DNA from: Bacteroidia bacterium
GTDB taxonomy: Bacteria; Bacteroidota; Bacteroidia; 2-12-FULL-35-15
Length of the DNA: 49,877 bases
Assembly (NCBI GenBank): GCA_038258655.1
Contig: JBBSPS010000002.1
Span: 1-49,877, forward strand
Reading direction: 5' to 3'
Positions 1 to 8,654 of the stretch are shown here, piece after piece. Every line of letters begins with the position of its first letter. The first letter of the stretch is position 1. The position numbers were made by a program, and so were the translations under genes. The notes under the pieces are model-generated. The model was not told the origin of the DNA. It ran no database searches and saw only the letters and a list, made by a program, of their open reading frames with translations.

Positions 1-97
1 ATAATTACGCAATGGCTGATGGAATTTATGAACTGTTGAAAAAAACACGAGTCGGGATAGATAGTTTTAAGGGGAAACAGGGAAACATAGACCATTT

Positions 98-529
98 TCA
101 ATTAGATTTATTCCCAGAGTAATTTTTGAGGAAACTCCAGGTAAAATAATCATCGTTAAAAAAATCATATTTGAAAAGAGAGTCGTTATAAAAAATGTTA
201 TCATAATGTTGGTTCAAAAAATCAGGGTAGTTTTTATGGAAATAAGACCTAAAATTTTTGAACACACTATCATTACTCGACTGCATGGGTTTTCCTTTTG
301 GAGAAGAATAGAAATAAGAGTACGTTGAATCGTATTGAACAATCTTTCCTTTCTCGTCAAGTTGTTTGTTTACTTTTACTTTTACCTTTGGTTTATTTAA
401 TGTATTCAAATCGACCAGTTCATTCTTAGTTGTACTGTTTGATAAAGATTCGTTCTTTTTTGTTTGCCCTTGACATCCTGAAAAACTCAGGAATGGCAAC
501 AACAGAAATATTAATGTTTTTGCTTTCAT
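98..529 (-). CDS. hypothetical lipoprotein
   Basis: 143-aa ORF with an N-terminal signal peptide and lipobox-like LSFSGC. No catalytic motif recognised. Confidence 0.5.
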   Translation of the reverse strand: MKAKTLIFLLLPFLSFSGCQGQTKKNESLSNSTTKNELVDLNTLNKPKVKVKVNKQLDEKGKIVQYDSTYSYFYSSPKGKPMQSSNDSVFKNFRSYFHKNYPDFLNQHYDNIFYNDSLFKYDFFNDDYFTWSFLKNYSGNKSN

Positions 530-577
530 GGTTCCTGATTTTAAAGATTAAATACTCAATTGTTTGTTTGAATAAAC

Positions 578-976
578 TTAACTTAATACCCTTGAAGGTG
601 GAGGCCTAGATAGAGCAAATTGAGTGTGTAAATGGACAGGATGATATATATTATTCCCCTCTCTTTTTGTATTTGTGAAAGGGCGTTTTTTTCTCATTCT
701 TTTTTGGGAGAAATTTTTTTCGGAAAGTATGGCTACATTATTTGTAGCGATGCTTGGTAAGTCTGATTTTTTCTTTTTTATCGGGTTATCTTGCTTGATA
801 AAAAAGTTATTTGTCCCTTGGTTGACGCTCCTTAATAAAGTAATATCTGAGATATAAAGAGTATTGACATATAGAGCATCGGGGGTATGGATTTTGAAAT
901 ACTCTGTCGTGGCAACTTCTGCGGAGGTAATTTCCGTAAAGCATATTGCTGATATTAATAAAACCGCTCGTTTCAT
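578..976 (-). CDS. hypothetical secreted protein (doubtful)
   Basis: Internal ATG gives MKRAVLLISAICFTEITSAEV, which is signal-peptide-like. Low-complexity C-terminus and no known motif. Confidence 0.2.
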   Translation of the reverse strand: MKRAVLLISAICFTEITSAEVATTEYFKIHTPDALYVNTLYISDITLLRSVNQGTNNFFIKQDNPIKKKKSDLPSIATNNVAILSEKNFSQKRMRKKRPFTNTKREGNNIYHPVHLHTQFALSRPPPSRVLS

Positions 977-1094
977 TTTTTCTAAGTTTTGTGAGTTAAA
1001 CAAAGTCAAATAATTGGAGTGATACTATTTTTCTTTCTTTGGTTTTTAAATTTATTTATTTTAAAATTTTTGGATTCTATTTTATAGCCGATGC

Positions 1095-1120
1095 AAAAGC
1101 CCGAATAACAGCGGGCTTTT
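1095..1120 (-). terminator. intrinsic terminator downstream of hsp20
   Basis: AAAAGCCCG / CGGGCTTTT stem with an 8-nt loop. A- and T-runs on both sides make it bidirectional. It lies 23 nt after the hsp20 stop. Confidence 0.6.
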
Positions 1121-1142
1121 GAAACGACCAATTTTACCGGGT

Positions 1143-1601
1143 TTAGGAAATTTTAATTCCCCTTACATTCTGAGACTTTGCCTTCTCGTTTTTCGGAAGT
1201 TCTAGCTTCAGAATTCCATTCTCATATTTTGCATCAATCTTTTCTTCGTCTATCAGATCAACAAGATTGAAGCTACGTGAGAAAGAGCCGTAATTGAACT
1301 CTTTTCGAACGAAGTTTTTAGTTTCTTCATTCTTTTCAGTTTTGTGTTCAGCAGAGACGGTAAGTATTCCATCTTCAATTCGAACATTGAAATCTTTTTT
1401 CTCAAATCCCGGAGCCGAAACTTCAATGTTATACGTCTTTTCGTTCTCTGTGATGTTTACTGAGGGAACATAACCTGCATAGTCCCTCAACATTGAATCA
1501 TCGTTGAAGAAATTACTTAATAAATTCTCCATTGAAGGCATCAGCTGGTTTTGCCTTTTTGCTAACCCATTTGAGGGTGTAGCCCATTTAATTAGTGACA
1601 T
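1143..1601 (-). CDS. Hsp20/alpha-crystallin family small heat-shock protein
   Basis: 152 aa. Alpha-crystallin domain pattern: PSVNITENEKTYNIEVSAPGFEKKDF..ILTVSAEHK..FSRSFNL..ENGILKLELPK. Confidence 0.9.
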   Translation of the reverse strand: MSLIKWATPSNGLAKRQNQLMPSMENLLSNFFNDDSMLRDYAGYVPSVNITENEKTYNIEVSAPGFEKKDFNVRIEDGILTVSAEHKTEKNEETKNFVRKEFNYGSFSRSFNLVDLIDEEKIDAKYENGILKLELPKNEKAKSQNVRGIKIS

Positions 1602-1645
1602 GGTGTCCTCCTTTTTTTTAATGGTTAATATTATTTTATTTTATT

Positions 1646-1670
1646 TTGGTATATTCAAAATAAATACCAA
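1646..1670 (-). promoter_or_regulatory. inverted repeat TTGGTAT-N11-ATACCAA in the hsp20 upstream region
   Basis: Perfect 7-bp arms, 45-70 nt upstream of the hsp20 ATG. A canonical AGGAGG lies at 1607-1612, 5 nt before the ATG. Confidence 0.3.
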
Positions 1671-1841
1671 GCGAAAAAAAGTGACAAACTGACAAGCAAG
1701 AAGTAGTATAAATAAATTCGAAAGTGAAATTTTTGCAGAATGTGTTGTAAAAATGACATGATTTTTTATTTCGATTATATCTAAGCTGTTAAGTAGGCTA
1801 ATTTAACTCAGAAATCACTTAGATGGCTTCTTTTAGGAGAT

Positions 1842-2038
1842 GACCGTACAAGTCCAAAATCCCAGCAAGTCCCCTTGTATCTTCATGGAGCCGTTCATAT
1901 TTGGTCTGGAAGGTGGGTACTTAACCGGAAAACCCCTGATAAAACCTTATTTATCAGGGGTTTTTGGTTCGATAAAGCAGCTCCGAAATACAAAACAGTT
2001 TATTTTCAAGTAGTTATAAGTTCGAGTTTGGAAGCTGA
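1842..2038 (+). repeat. intergenic repeat copy A (5' module + hairpin + 3' module)
   Basis: Aligns over its whole length with 2742-2938. The stretch 1921-1977 is identical to 2821-2877. Confidence 0.85.
1933..1965. terminator. bidirectional hairpin terminator inside repeat A
   Basis: CCCCTGATAA (1933-1942) pairs with TTATCAGGGG (1951-1960), followed by TTTTT. An A-rich run precedes it, so it can serve the minus strand too. Confidence 0.7.
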
Positions 2039-2044
2039 ACCAAT

Positions 2045-2527
2045 TTATTTCGGTTTCGCAATTTCTTCTTCTTTTTTCTTTTTATCTAAATCATCCTGTT
2101 TTTTAGCAGCGTCTTTTGCGTCCTCTTTTTTTATGTCTTCTTTCTTATTTTCTAATTTTTTTTCAGCTTTTTTCTTTTCGCTTTCTTTTTCCTGAACTTT
2201 TTCATTAGCTTTTCTGGAATCTTCAGCCTTATCGTCAGTTTTATTTTGTGATTTCCTTAACTCATCCGTTTTATCATCCGTTTTACTTTGGGCTTTTCTT
2301 TGTTTTTCTGCTGTATCATCTGCTTTTTTCTGAGCTTTCTTTACTTCTTCATTCTTATTGTCAATTTTTTTTTCAGCCTTTTCAATTTCCTTGTTTCTTT
2401 GCTCAATTTTTTTTGCGTCCTCTATCTTAGCTTTGGCCGAATCACTTGCTGTTTGTGCAATACATTTGGTTGTTGAAATAAGTGAACATATTGCAACAAA
2501 TAACCCTATTTTTTTAATTGATTTCAT
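2045..2527 (-). CDS. secreted K/E/D-rich low-complexity (hydrophilin/LEA-like) protein
   Basis: 160 aa. Signal peptide MKSIKKIGLFVAICSLISTTKCIAQ, then about 135 aa almost entirely K/E/D/A/Q with KTDDK-type repeats. Confidence 0.6.
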   Translation of the reverse strand: MKSIKKIGLFVAICSLISTTKCIAQTASDSAKAKIEDAKKIEQRNKEIEKAEKKIDNKNEEVKKAQKKADDTAEKQRKAQSKTDDKTDELRKSQNKTDDKAEDSRKANEKVQEKESEKKKAEKKLENKKEDIKKEDAKDAAKKQDDLDKKKKEEEIAKPK

Positions 2528-2741
2528 AAAATTCGTTTTAATGCCGCAAATACATTTTTGCTAGCACTCAAAGGTACGATTTATACCATGGATATTGTTG
2601 CAAATTGTTTTCAATTAATTCATCTATCCCAGTTTTTTATTTCTTTTTTTTTAAACAGGAATTAAGTGATAGACATTGATTAGGCCAAAATTTGTTTGTG
2701 TATTTTTATAAAGAAATAAATTTAAGCCTCCTTCAAGAGAT

Positions 2742-2938
2742 AACCATACAGTTCCCAAATCCGAGCCATATCCCTAGTATCTTCAAGGATCTCGTTCATA
2801 TTTGGTCCGGAAGGGGGTACTTAACCGGAAAACCCCTGATAAAACCTTATTTATCAGGGGTTTTTGGTTCGATAAAGTAGTTTCGAAATGCAAAAAGCGT
2901 TTATTTTCAAGGAGTTATAAGTTCGAGTCTGAAAAGCC
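2742..2938 (+). repeat. intergenic repeat copy B (5' module + hairpin + 3' module)
   Basis: Same architecture as copy A. Its 5' module is near-identical to copy C. Confidence 0.85.
2833..2865. terminator. bidirectional hairpin terminator inside repeat B
   Basis: Identical CCCCTGATAA/TTATCAGGGG hairpin plus TTTTT. It lies downstream of the giant sensor gene read on the minus strand. Confidence 0.7.
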
Positions 2939-2977
2939 ATTGAATAAAATTATTACATTTTATTGATAAGATTAAAC

Positions 2978-5900
2978 TTAGCCCTGAGGTATATTTTGCT
3001 CGTTTTTAATTGCATTAAACTCCTCTTCTAACTCTTTACATGCATGCATACAAACAGTTTCAAGTTGTAAAACTAAGGCAGGTAGTTCGTCCAAGTGTTT
3101 TTCTGAACTTGCATATTCCTGAATTTTTTTCGACATGTCTTCATATTTTACATCAATGCCTACAATGGAAAATGAAGAAATCATTTTATGGGCTGCTGCC
3201 TGCAATTCTTCCCAGTCTTCATGTTGCAGACTTTCTTTCATTGCCTTAATTAACCCTGACGTTTGTTCCAAATAAGCAGAAATCATTTCCAAAATCAACT
3301 TCGGTTTCGATTTGGTGAGGTTATGTAGCCTATCCAGATTAATATATTTGAACTTTTTATTATTATTTTCTTCTGTGTCCTTATGCTCGATCTCTTTTTC
3401 CTTTAAGGGTTTGTTTACGAGCTTCACTATTTTACTGTATAATAATCGTTCATCAACAGGCTTAGATAAATAATCATTCATGCCTACCGTTTTACATTTT
3501 TCTAAATCCATGGTTGTTACATCAGCTGTTAAAGCGATGATTGGAATTTTAGAATTCATTGTTTTACGAATGTACTGTGTGGCTTCAAACCCATTCATTT
3601 CTGGCATCTGCAAATCCATCAAAACAATATCGTAAAGTTTATTGTGCAATTTTTGAATTGCAATTTTTCCATTGGCAGCAAAATCACTTTTAAATCCAAA
3701 ATCATCTAACAATGTTCTCATCAGCAATTGATTGAGGGGAATATCTTCTACCACCAACACATTAATATTTTTAATTCCCGGATCCAGCTGTATGGCTCCA
3801 AGTTCAATGTGTGCTTTATCTTGTGTTTTCAGAAAATCTAAGGTGAAACTAAAAGTAGCTCCTTCGCCCTTCTTGCTTTTCAGAGAAATGGTTCCGCCTT
3901 GTGCTTCCACCAATTGCTTAACAATAGCAAGCCCTAAGCCTGTTCCGCCATATAAGCTAGAAGTTTCGCTGGTGGCTTGCTGAAACTTTTCAAAAATGCT
4001 TGCTATTTTATTTTCTTCGATCCCAATTCCTGAATCTTGCACTTTAAATTGAATCGTTACTTTTTTTGCATCTTCTTTCAGCATGCGAACATCCACCGTA
4101 ATTTTCCCCTTTGAAGTAAATTTAACAGCGTTACTCACTAGGTTTAAAATGATTTGATGAAGGCGAACAGAATCGCCAAGCAATACTTCAGGAATACGGG
4201 TATCGTATTCTTTCACTAATTCTAAATTCTTTTCCTGAATTTTTGTTTCAAACAAATGCAACATGGCGGATATGGATGTCGCCATTTTGAAAGGTGTTTG
4301 CACAAATGTCATTTTACCTGCATCCACTTTGGCTAGGTCAAGAATATCATTGATAAGAATAATCAATGCATCACCGCTTGTTTTAATGGCTTCTAAATAT
4401 TCTTTTTGTTTTACAGATATTTCTGTTTTTAATATCACTTTAGTAAAACCAATAATCGCATTCATAGGGGTGCGAATTTCATGACTCATGTTCGATAAAA
4501 ATTGCTGCTTCGATTGCATTGCTATTTCAGCTTTGGCCTGTTCATCTTCTGCAATTACTGTTGCCATTTCGGCAAAGATCTTTGCCTCCATTAACTCATT
4601 GGAATAACTTTTATGGTCGTCAATATCAGTGTTGCTTCCTATCCAGCCTATAACATTTCCCTGGTCGTCTTTTTGTGCAATACCATGACTCATATGCCAA
4701 CGGTAAGTTCCATCATGCTGACGAAAGCGTTTTTCCATTTTAAAATCTTCGCCTGTTTTAAGGGAATGCTGCCATAACTTTAAATCTTCTTCAAGGTCGC
4801 CAGGAAATATAATTTTGAGGAAACCATCGCCTGTCAGTTCTTCAAAAGTTTTTCCGGTATAATCGAGAAAAAATTTGTTGAAGAAATTTTTCTTTCCATC
4901 GGGTCCGGCAGTCCAGATCATGTGGGGGATGTTTTCGGAAAGCGTTTGGAATTTTGTTGCACTTTCTTCAACTTGTTTTTTTGCAAGTACCTGTTCGGTT
5001 ACTTCGTTTGTGAGCACGGTAATGCCTGTAATTGCACCATCTATATCCCTGTAAGGCTGATATACAAAATTGAAATAAGCATCTACGGGTATTCCGTTGC
5101 GCATAAGAATGGCTTTGGTTTCGTATCCTTCAAAAGCCACTCCTGTAGTGTACACATCAGCAAGCAATTTCGGAAATACCTGATCTTTTAATTCGGGTAC
5201 TCCTTCCAGCAGCGGTTTGTTAAGTACAGCATTTCCTTTTCCAAGTCGATTTAGCATTTGCTCATTGGCAAATTCAACTATCATTTCAGGTCCTTTAAAA
5301 ATAGCGATTGCCATAAGCGATTGCGACAGGATATTGCTGAAACGCTGTTCGCTTGCTTCAACTTGTTTGCGGGCATTTACCTGTTCCGTAACATCATAAG
5401 CAAAAAGTAAAATACCTTCTATTTTATCTTTGTCATTAGCAAATGCCTGATAAGTTAAATTGGCATAAAACTTTTGTTGATTGCCATTGCCCTTATCCAA
5501 CATTACGGGCTTTTCTTTTGTAGTAAATGTTTCGCCCGTGTTATAAACATTATCAAGCAGTTCAATAAAGCCCTGCCCCGCTATTTCGGGAAGTGCTTCA
5601 AGCGCGGTTTTACCTATAAGGTTATGGTTGCCAATAAACTCCATGAAAGTAGGGTTGGCAAATTCATATACATGTTCAGGCCCTTTGAGAATGGCAAGCA
5701 TGGCTGGCGCTTGTGTAAAGAAATCGTGCAGCATCTTGCGCTCCTTTTCTGAACGATTTTTACTTTTTTCAATAATTTTTCGAGCTTCTGTCTGCTCTGT
5801 TATATCCTCAACGGCGAGCAGAATCAATTGCTCTTTACTTTTTTCATTGATAACGTGGCGAGCATTTAATAACATTGTACATTCTCTACAGTCAGGAAGA

Positions 5901-8344
5901 TTGATGAGGATCTCGTAATCATTTATCTCTGTTTTCTTTGGGAGAATTTTTTCTAATAAAGATCGTAACTGTGCATTATCAAACAGGTGATCTTGTATTT
6001 CATAAAACAGTTGCCCTTCTATTTCTTCCTCGGTGATATTGAATTTTTTGGAGAAGGAAGAGTTGATACTTTTTATGCGAAGATTTCTATCCAGTACCAC
6101 CAATGGCTCCCGAACCGTGGCAATAATAGCCTCTGCATATTGTCGTGTTGAATTAATTTGCTCCTGCTTATCGAGCATCTCTTGATTGATGATGACCAGC
6201 TCTTCGTTGGTCGATTGCAGTTCTTCTTTCGATGTTTCTAATTCTTCATTTAAACTTTGCAATTCTTCGCTGCTACTGAGCAATTCTTCATTCGCACTTT
6301 GCAACTCTTCGTTTGCAGCTTCCTGATCTTCAGTTATAGCACGCATATCCTCGCGCGTAAGTGTAATTTCTTTTTCTAATTGCGCAATTCGCTGATGAGC
6401 TTCGTCGTTTATTATTTTTTCTGAAGAAGCTTTTCCTTTGCCAGTAATTTTTTTCTCAGCAAATGCGGTTTTGTGAAAAAGAATCAGAAAGTGAGGTTCA
6501 ACATTATTGGTGAGGGGAAGAATCTCAACTGTTATTTGCATAATCTTTCCATCACATTTAACCAAGATGCCTTCTTTAACAGCGGAAGTATTTGTAGTTT
6601 TTGCTTTGTGCAATGTATTTCGTAATTCGAAAGCCAATCCTTCTCGCGCCATTTTCAATAGGTTAAAGGTAGGTTTACCTTGCGGTGCTTCCAGAAATGG
6701 GGTAATGTTTCCGTTAATATGCACTACGTCCATCTGATCATTTACAATTACACTTGCAGGAGTATATTTTGAAAGGAGAAGTGCTTCAGCTGTTTTACGA
6801 AAATCGTTTTGCAATACTTCAGGCTTAACCGTTTTTTTAACTTTTTCGGTTAGTGTTATTTCTTTACGATCAGTATTGTAATGCATAAAGTTGTTAGGCA
6901 CCAACTTGCGTGCATATATTTTATCATCTTTTGCGAATGTGGAAAATAGTTCTGCTGCAGGACCGGTGGTTTCTGATTTTCCCAATAAAAGAAATCCGTT
7001 TTCTTTTAATGCATAATGAAAAGTACTCAATGCTCTTTTCTGCAAAAAGGTATCCAGGTAGATTAACACATTACGGCAACTTATCAAATCCATTTTTGCA
7101 AAAGGAGGATCCTTTAAAAAATCGTGAATCGCAAACACGCACATATCACGTATTTGTTTGTTTACCTGATAACTTCCGCCATTTTTTGTAAAATAATTTT
7201 TTAGTATGGAGTCCGGAATATTTTTTATATCTCCGCTACGGTATTCCCCTATTCTTGCTTTAGCAATAGCCGACTCAGAAATATCGGAAGCGAATATTTG
7301 AATTTGTCTCCCCGATATTTTTTCTAAAAACTGATGTAGTGAAATGGTCAATGAATAAACTTCTTCTCCGGTTGAACAGCCTGCAACCCATATCCGGATT
7401 GGGTCGGCAGTTGGTTTGTTTTTAAGTATTGAGGGGAAAACATTTTGAGTAACGGTTTGAAAAATTTTAGGGTCACGAAAAAAAGAAGTAACGGGAATTA
7501 GCATATCATTAAAAAGTGCATCCTGTTCCTGTGTGTTTTTCTCCAAAAATTTTAAATAGGCTCCCAGTTTTACTTTCCCGCTAATAACCATTCTTCGGGC
7601 TATGCGTCTGCGTACCGTTGTTTGTTTGTAATAAGTAAAATCAACACCGCTACTTTGACGAAGCACTAAAATTATTTGATTGAAAATATCCTCTTCATCT
7701 TTCGGCAGATTTTTATCAGTATTCTTATATCCGCTATAGGTGTGCATCATCTGCAACAACTTTTCAGGAATTTCTTCAGGGGGTAAAATAAAATCCACAA
7801 CATCGGCATCTATGGCATTTTTTGGCATATAGTCATAACTAGCTGATTCTTGGTCTTGCGCAAAAGTGATTCCTCCATGTGCTTTAATTGCTTTTAATCC
7901 TTGTGTACCATCTGAACCGGTACCCGAAAGCACAATGCCTACTGCCAAATTTTGATGAACTTCGGCCAGTGATGTAAAAAAAACATCAATAGCGCCATTT
8001 ATTTTTATGTTATTTCGCGGAGTGAGTTTAAGTATTCCATCTGTTGATGTCAATATCTTATTCTCAGGGATTACATAAATATGATCGGGAGCTAAATGAA
8101 TATCATCGGTAATTTCATGCACCGGAATTTTGGTTATTCTTGAAAGTATGTCGGGAAGAATGCTTTCGTGTGTAGGATCTAAATGCTGCACCAACACATA
8201 AGCCATTCCCGAATCGGTAGGAATCGCCTTTAGAAATCGTTTGAAAGCATCCAAGCCGCCTGCTGAAGCGCCTATACCTACTATCGGAAAATCTTGCTCA
8301 GTTTTTTGAGGTGCGATTGAATCAGTCTTTTTTTTTGATGCCAT
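2978..8344 (-). CDS. hybrid sensor: CheB methylesterase - CheR methyltransferase - PAS/PAC repeats - histidine kinase - receiver - HPt
   Basis: 1788 aa. Motifs seen: CheB-like GIGASAGGLDAF and GTGSDGT; CheR SAM motif VAGCSTGEEVYS; EELQS-repeat coiled coil; several PAS segments; H-box SHEIRTPMN; G-box GGTGLGLAIV; receiver VLVVEDIPLN..LMDLQMPEMNG; HPt AAAHKMISS. Confidence 0.9.
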   Translation of the reverse strand: MASKKKTDSIAPQKTEQDFPIVGIGASAGGLDAFKRFLKAIPTDSGMAYVLVQHLDPTHESILPDILSRITKIPVHEITDDIHLAPDHIYVIPENKILTSTDGILKLTPRNNIKINGAIDVFFTSLAEVHQNLAVGIVLSGTGSDGTQGLKAIKAHGGITFAQDQESASYDYMPKNAIDADVVDFILPPEEIPEKLLQMMHTYSGYKNTDKNLPKDEEDIFNQIILVLRQSSGVDFTYYKQTTVRRRIARRMVISGKVKLGAYLKFLEKNTQEQDALFNDMLIPVTSFFRDPKIFQTVTQNVFPSILKNKPTADPIRIWVAGCSTGEEVYSLTISLHQFLEKISGRQIQIFASDISESAIAKARIGEYRSGDIKNIPDSILKNYFTKNGGSYQVNKQIRDMCVFAIHDFLKDPPFAKMDLISCRNVLIYLDTFLQKRALSTFHYALKENGFLLLGKSETTGPAAELFSTFAKDDKIYARKLVPNNFMHYNTDRKEITLTEKVKKTVKPEVLQNDFRKTAEALLLSKYTPASVIVNDQMDVVHINGNITPFLEAPQGKPTFNLLKMAREGLAFELRNTLHKAKTTNTSAVKEGILVKCDGKIMQITVEILPLTNNVEPHFLILFHKTAFAEKKITGKGKASSEKIINDEAHQRIAQLEKEITLTREDMRAITEDQEAANEELQSANEELLSSSEELQSLNEELETSKEELQSTNEELVIINQEMLDKQEQINSTRQYAEAIIATVREPLVVLDRNLRIKSINSSFSKKFNITEEEIEGQLFYEIQDHLFDNAQLRSLLEKILPKKTEINDYEILINLPDCRECTMLLNARHVINEKSKEQLILLAVEDITEQTEARKIIEKSKNRSEKERKMLHDFFTQAPAMLAILKGPEHVYEFANPTFMEFIGNHNLIGKTALEALPEIAGQGFIELLDNVYNTGETFTTKEKPVMLDKGNGNQQKFYANLTYQAFANDKDKIEGILLFAYDVTEQVNARKQVEASEQRFSNILSQSLMAIAIFKGPEMIVEFANEQMLNRLGKGNAVLNKPLLEGVPELKDQVFPKLLADVYTTGVAFEGYETKAILMRNGIPVDAYFNFVYQPYRDIDGAITGITVLTNEVTEQVLAKKQVEESATKFQTLSENIPHMIWTAGPDGKKNFFNKFFLDYTGKTFEELTGDGFLKIIFPGDLEEDLKLWQHSLKTGEDFKMEKRFRQHDGTYRWHMSHGIAQKDDQGNVIGWIGSNTDIDDHKSYSNELMEAKIFAEMATVIAEDEQAKAEIAMQSKQQFLSNMSHEIRTPMNAIIGFTKVILKTEISVKQKEYLEAIKTSGDALIILINDILDLAKVDAGKMTFVQTPFKMATSISAMLHLFETKIQEKNLELVKEYDTRIPEVLLGDSVRLHQIILNLVSNAVKFTSKGKITVDVRMLKEDAKKVTIQFKVQDSGIGIEENKIASIFEKFQQATSETSSLYGGTGLGLAIVKQLVEAQGGTISLKSKKGEGATFSFTLDFLKTQDKAHIELGAIQLDPGIKNINVLVVEDIPLNQLLMRTLLDDFGFKSDFAANGKIAIQKLHNKLYDIVLMDLQMPEMNGFEATQYIRKTMNSKIPIIALTADVTTMDLEKCKTVGMNDYLSKPVDERLLYSKIVKLVNKPLKEKEIEHKDTEENNNKKFKYINLDRLHNLTKSKPKLILEMISAYLEQTSGLIKAMKESLQHEDWEELQAAAHKMISSFSIVGIDVKYEDMSKKIQEYASSEKHLDELPALVLQLETVCMHACKELEEEFNAIKNEQNIPQG

Positions 8345-8504
8345 CGCTTTAAATATGAAGTGTTTGGTGAATGTACACCCTTATAATGGATAAAGCACTG
8401 ACACATATCAGTATTTGTACTTATCGCAATGATAAAAGGTTAATTAATGAAGAATTTAATACAGAAATAATCGTTTATGGCTCTATTCCAGTTTTTTCAA
8501 CAGC

Positions 8505-8584
8505 GACCGTAGAAGTCCCAAATGCGAGCCATATCCCTTGTATCTTTAAGGATCTCGTTCATATTTGGGTGGAAGGGGGTACTT
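8505..8584 (+). repeat. intergenic repeat copy C (5' module only)
   Basis: gaccgtagaagtcccaaatgcgagccatatccc...catatttgggtggaagggggtactt aligns with 2742-2822 and 1842-1922. Confidence 0.8.
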
Positions 8585-8604
8585 GGGCGCAAAAGGGCTC
8601 CTTT

Positions 8605-8654
8605 GGTAACAAAAGGTCACTAACTGATTGTTAGTGACCTTTTGTTACCTTTAA
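8605..8654. terminator. 20-bp perfect palindromic hairpin (bidirectional terminator)
   Basis: GGTAACAAAAGGTCACTAAC, loop tgatt, GTTAGTGACCTTTTGTTACC, followed by TTTAATTT. Confidence 0.65.

Noticed and set aside
2015-2038. tRNA-like T-loop sequence GTTCGAGTC in the 3' module (possible tRNA fragment or att site)
   Set aside because: The flanking bases do not form a T-stem in any of the three copies (ATAAG/CTGAA, ATAAG/TTGGA, ATGCG/TCGAA). There is no acceptor stem or CCA context.
1875-2195. Track ORFs 1875-2195, 2692-2880 and 8371-8634, which share a peptide like IFKDLVHIW and could suggest a repeated small protein
   Set aside because: The three DNA copies differ by single-base indels, so the frame is not preserved. 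The ORFs run through terminator hairpins, and the conservation is at nucleotide level.
2045-2564. Several + strand Phe/Leu/Ser-rich ORFs (2248-2430, 2288-2476, 2358-2564)
   Set aside because: They are antisense to the K/E-rich gene and are composition artefacts.
2795-2805. tcATATTTGg inside the 5' module resembles the Bacteroidota -7 box TAnnTTTG
   Set aside because: There is no TTTG -33 partner at the right distance. A transcript starting there would terminate about 30 nt later at the hairpin, so it is more likely part of a helix (ATTTGG pairs with CCAAAT).
3040-7191. About ten 60-96-aa + strand ORFs inside the giant sensor gene, and similar ones inside czcA, copA, the MCO gene and nhaC
   Set aside because: All are embedded antisense in long, motif-supported genes, and none has recognisable motifs.
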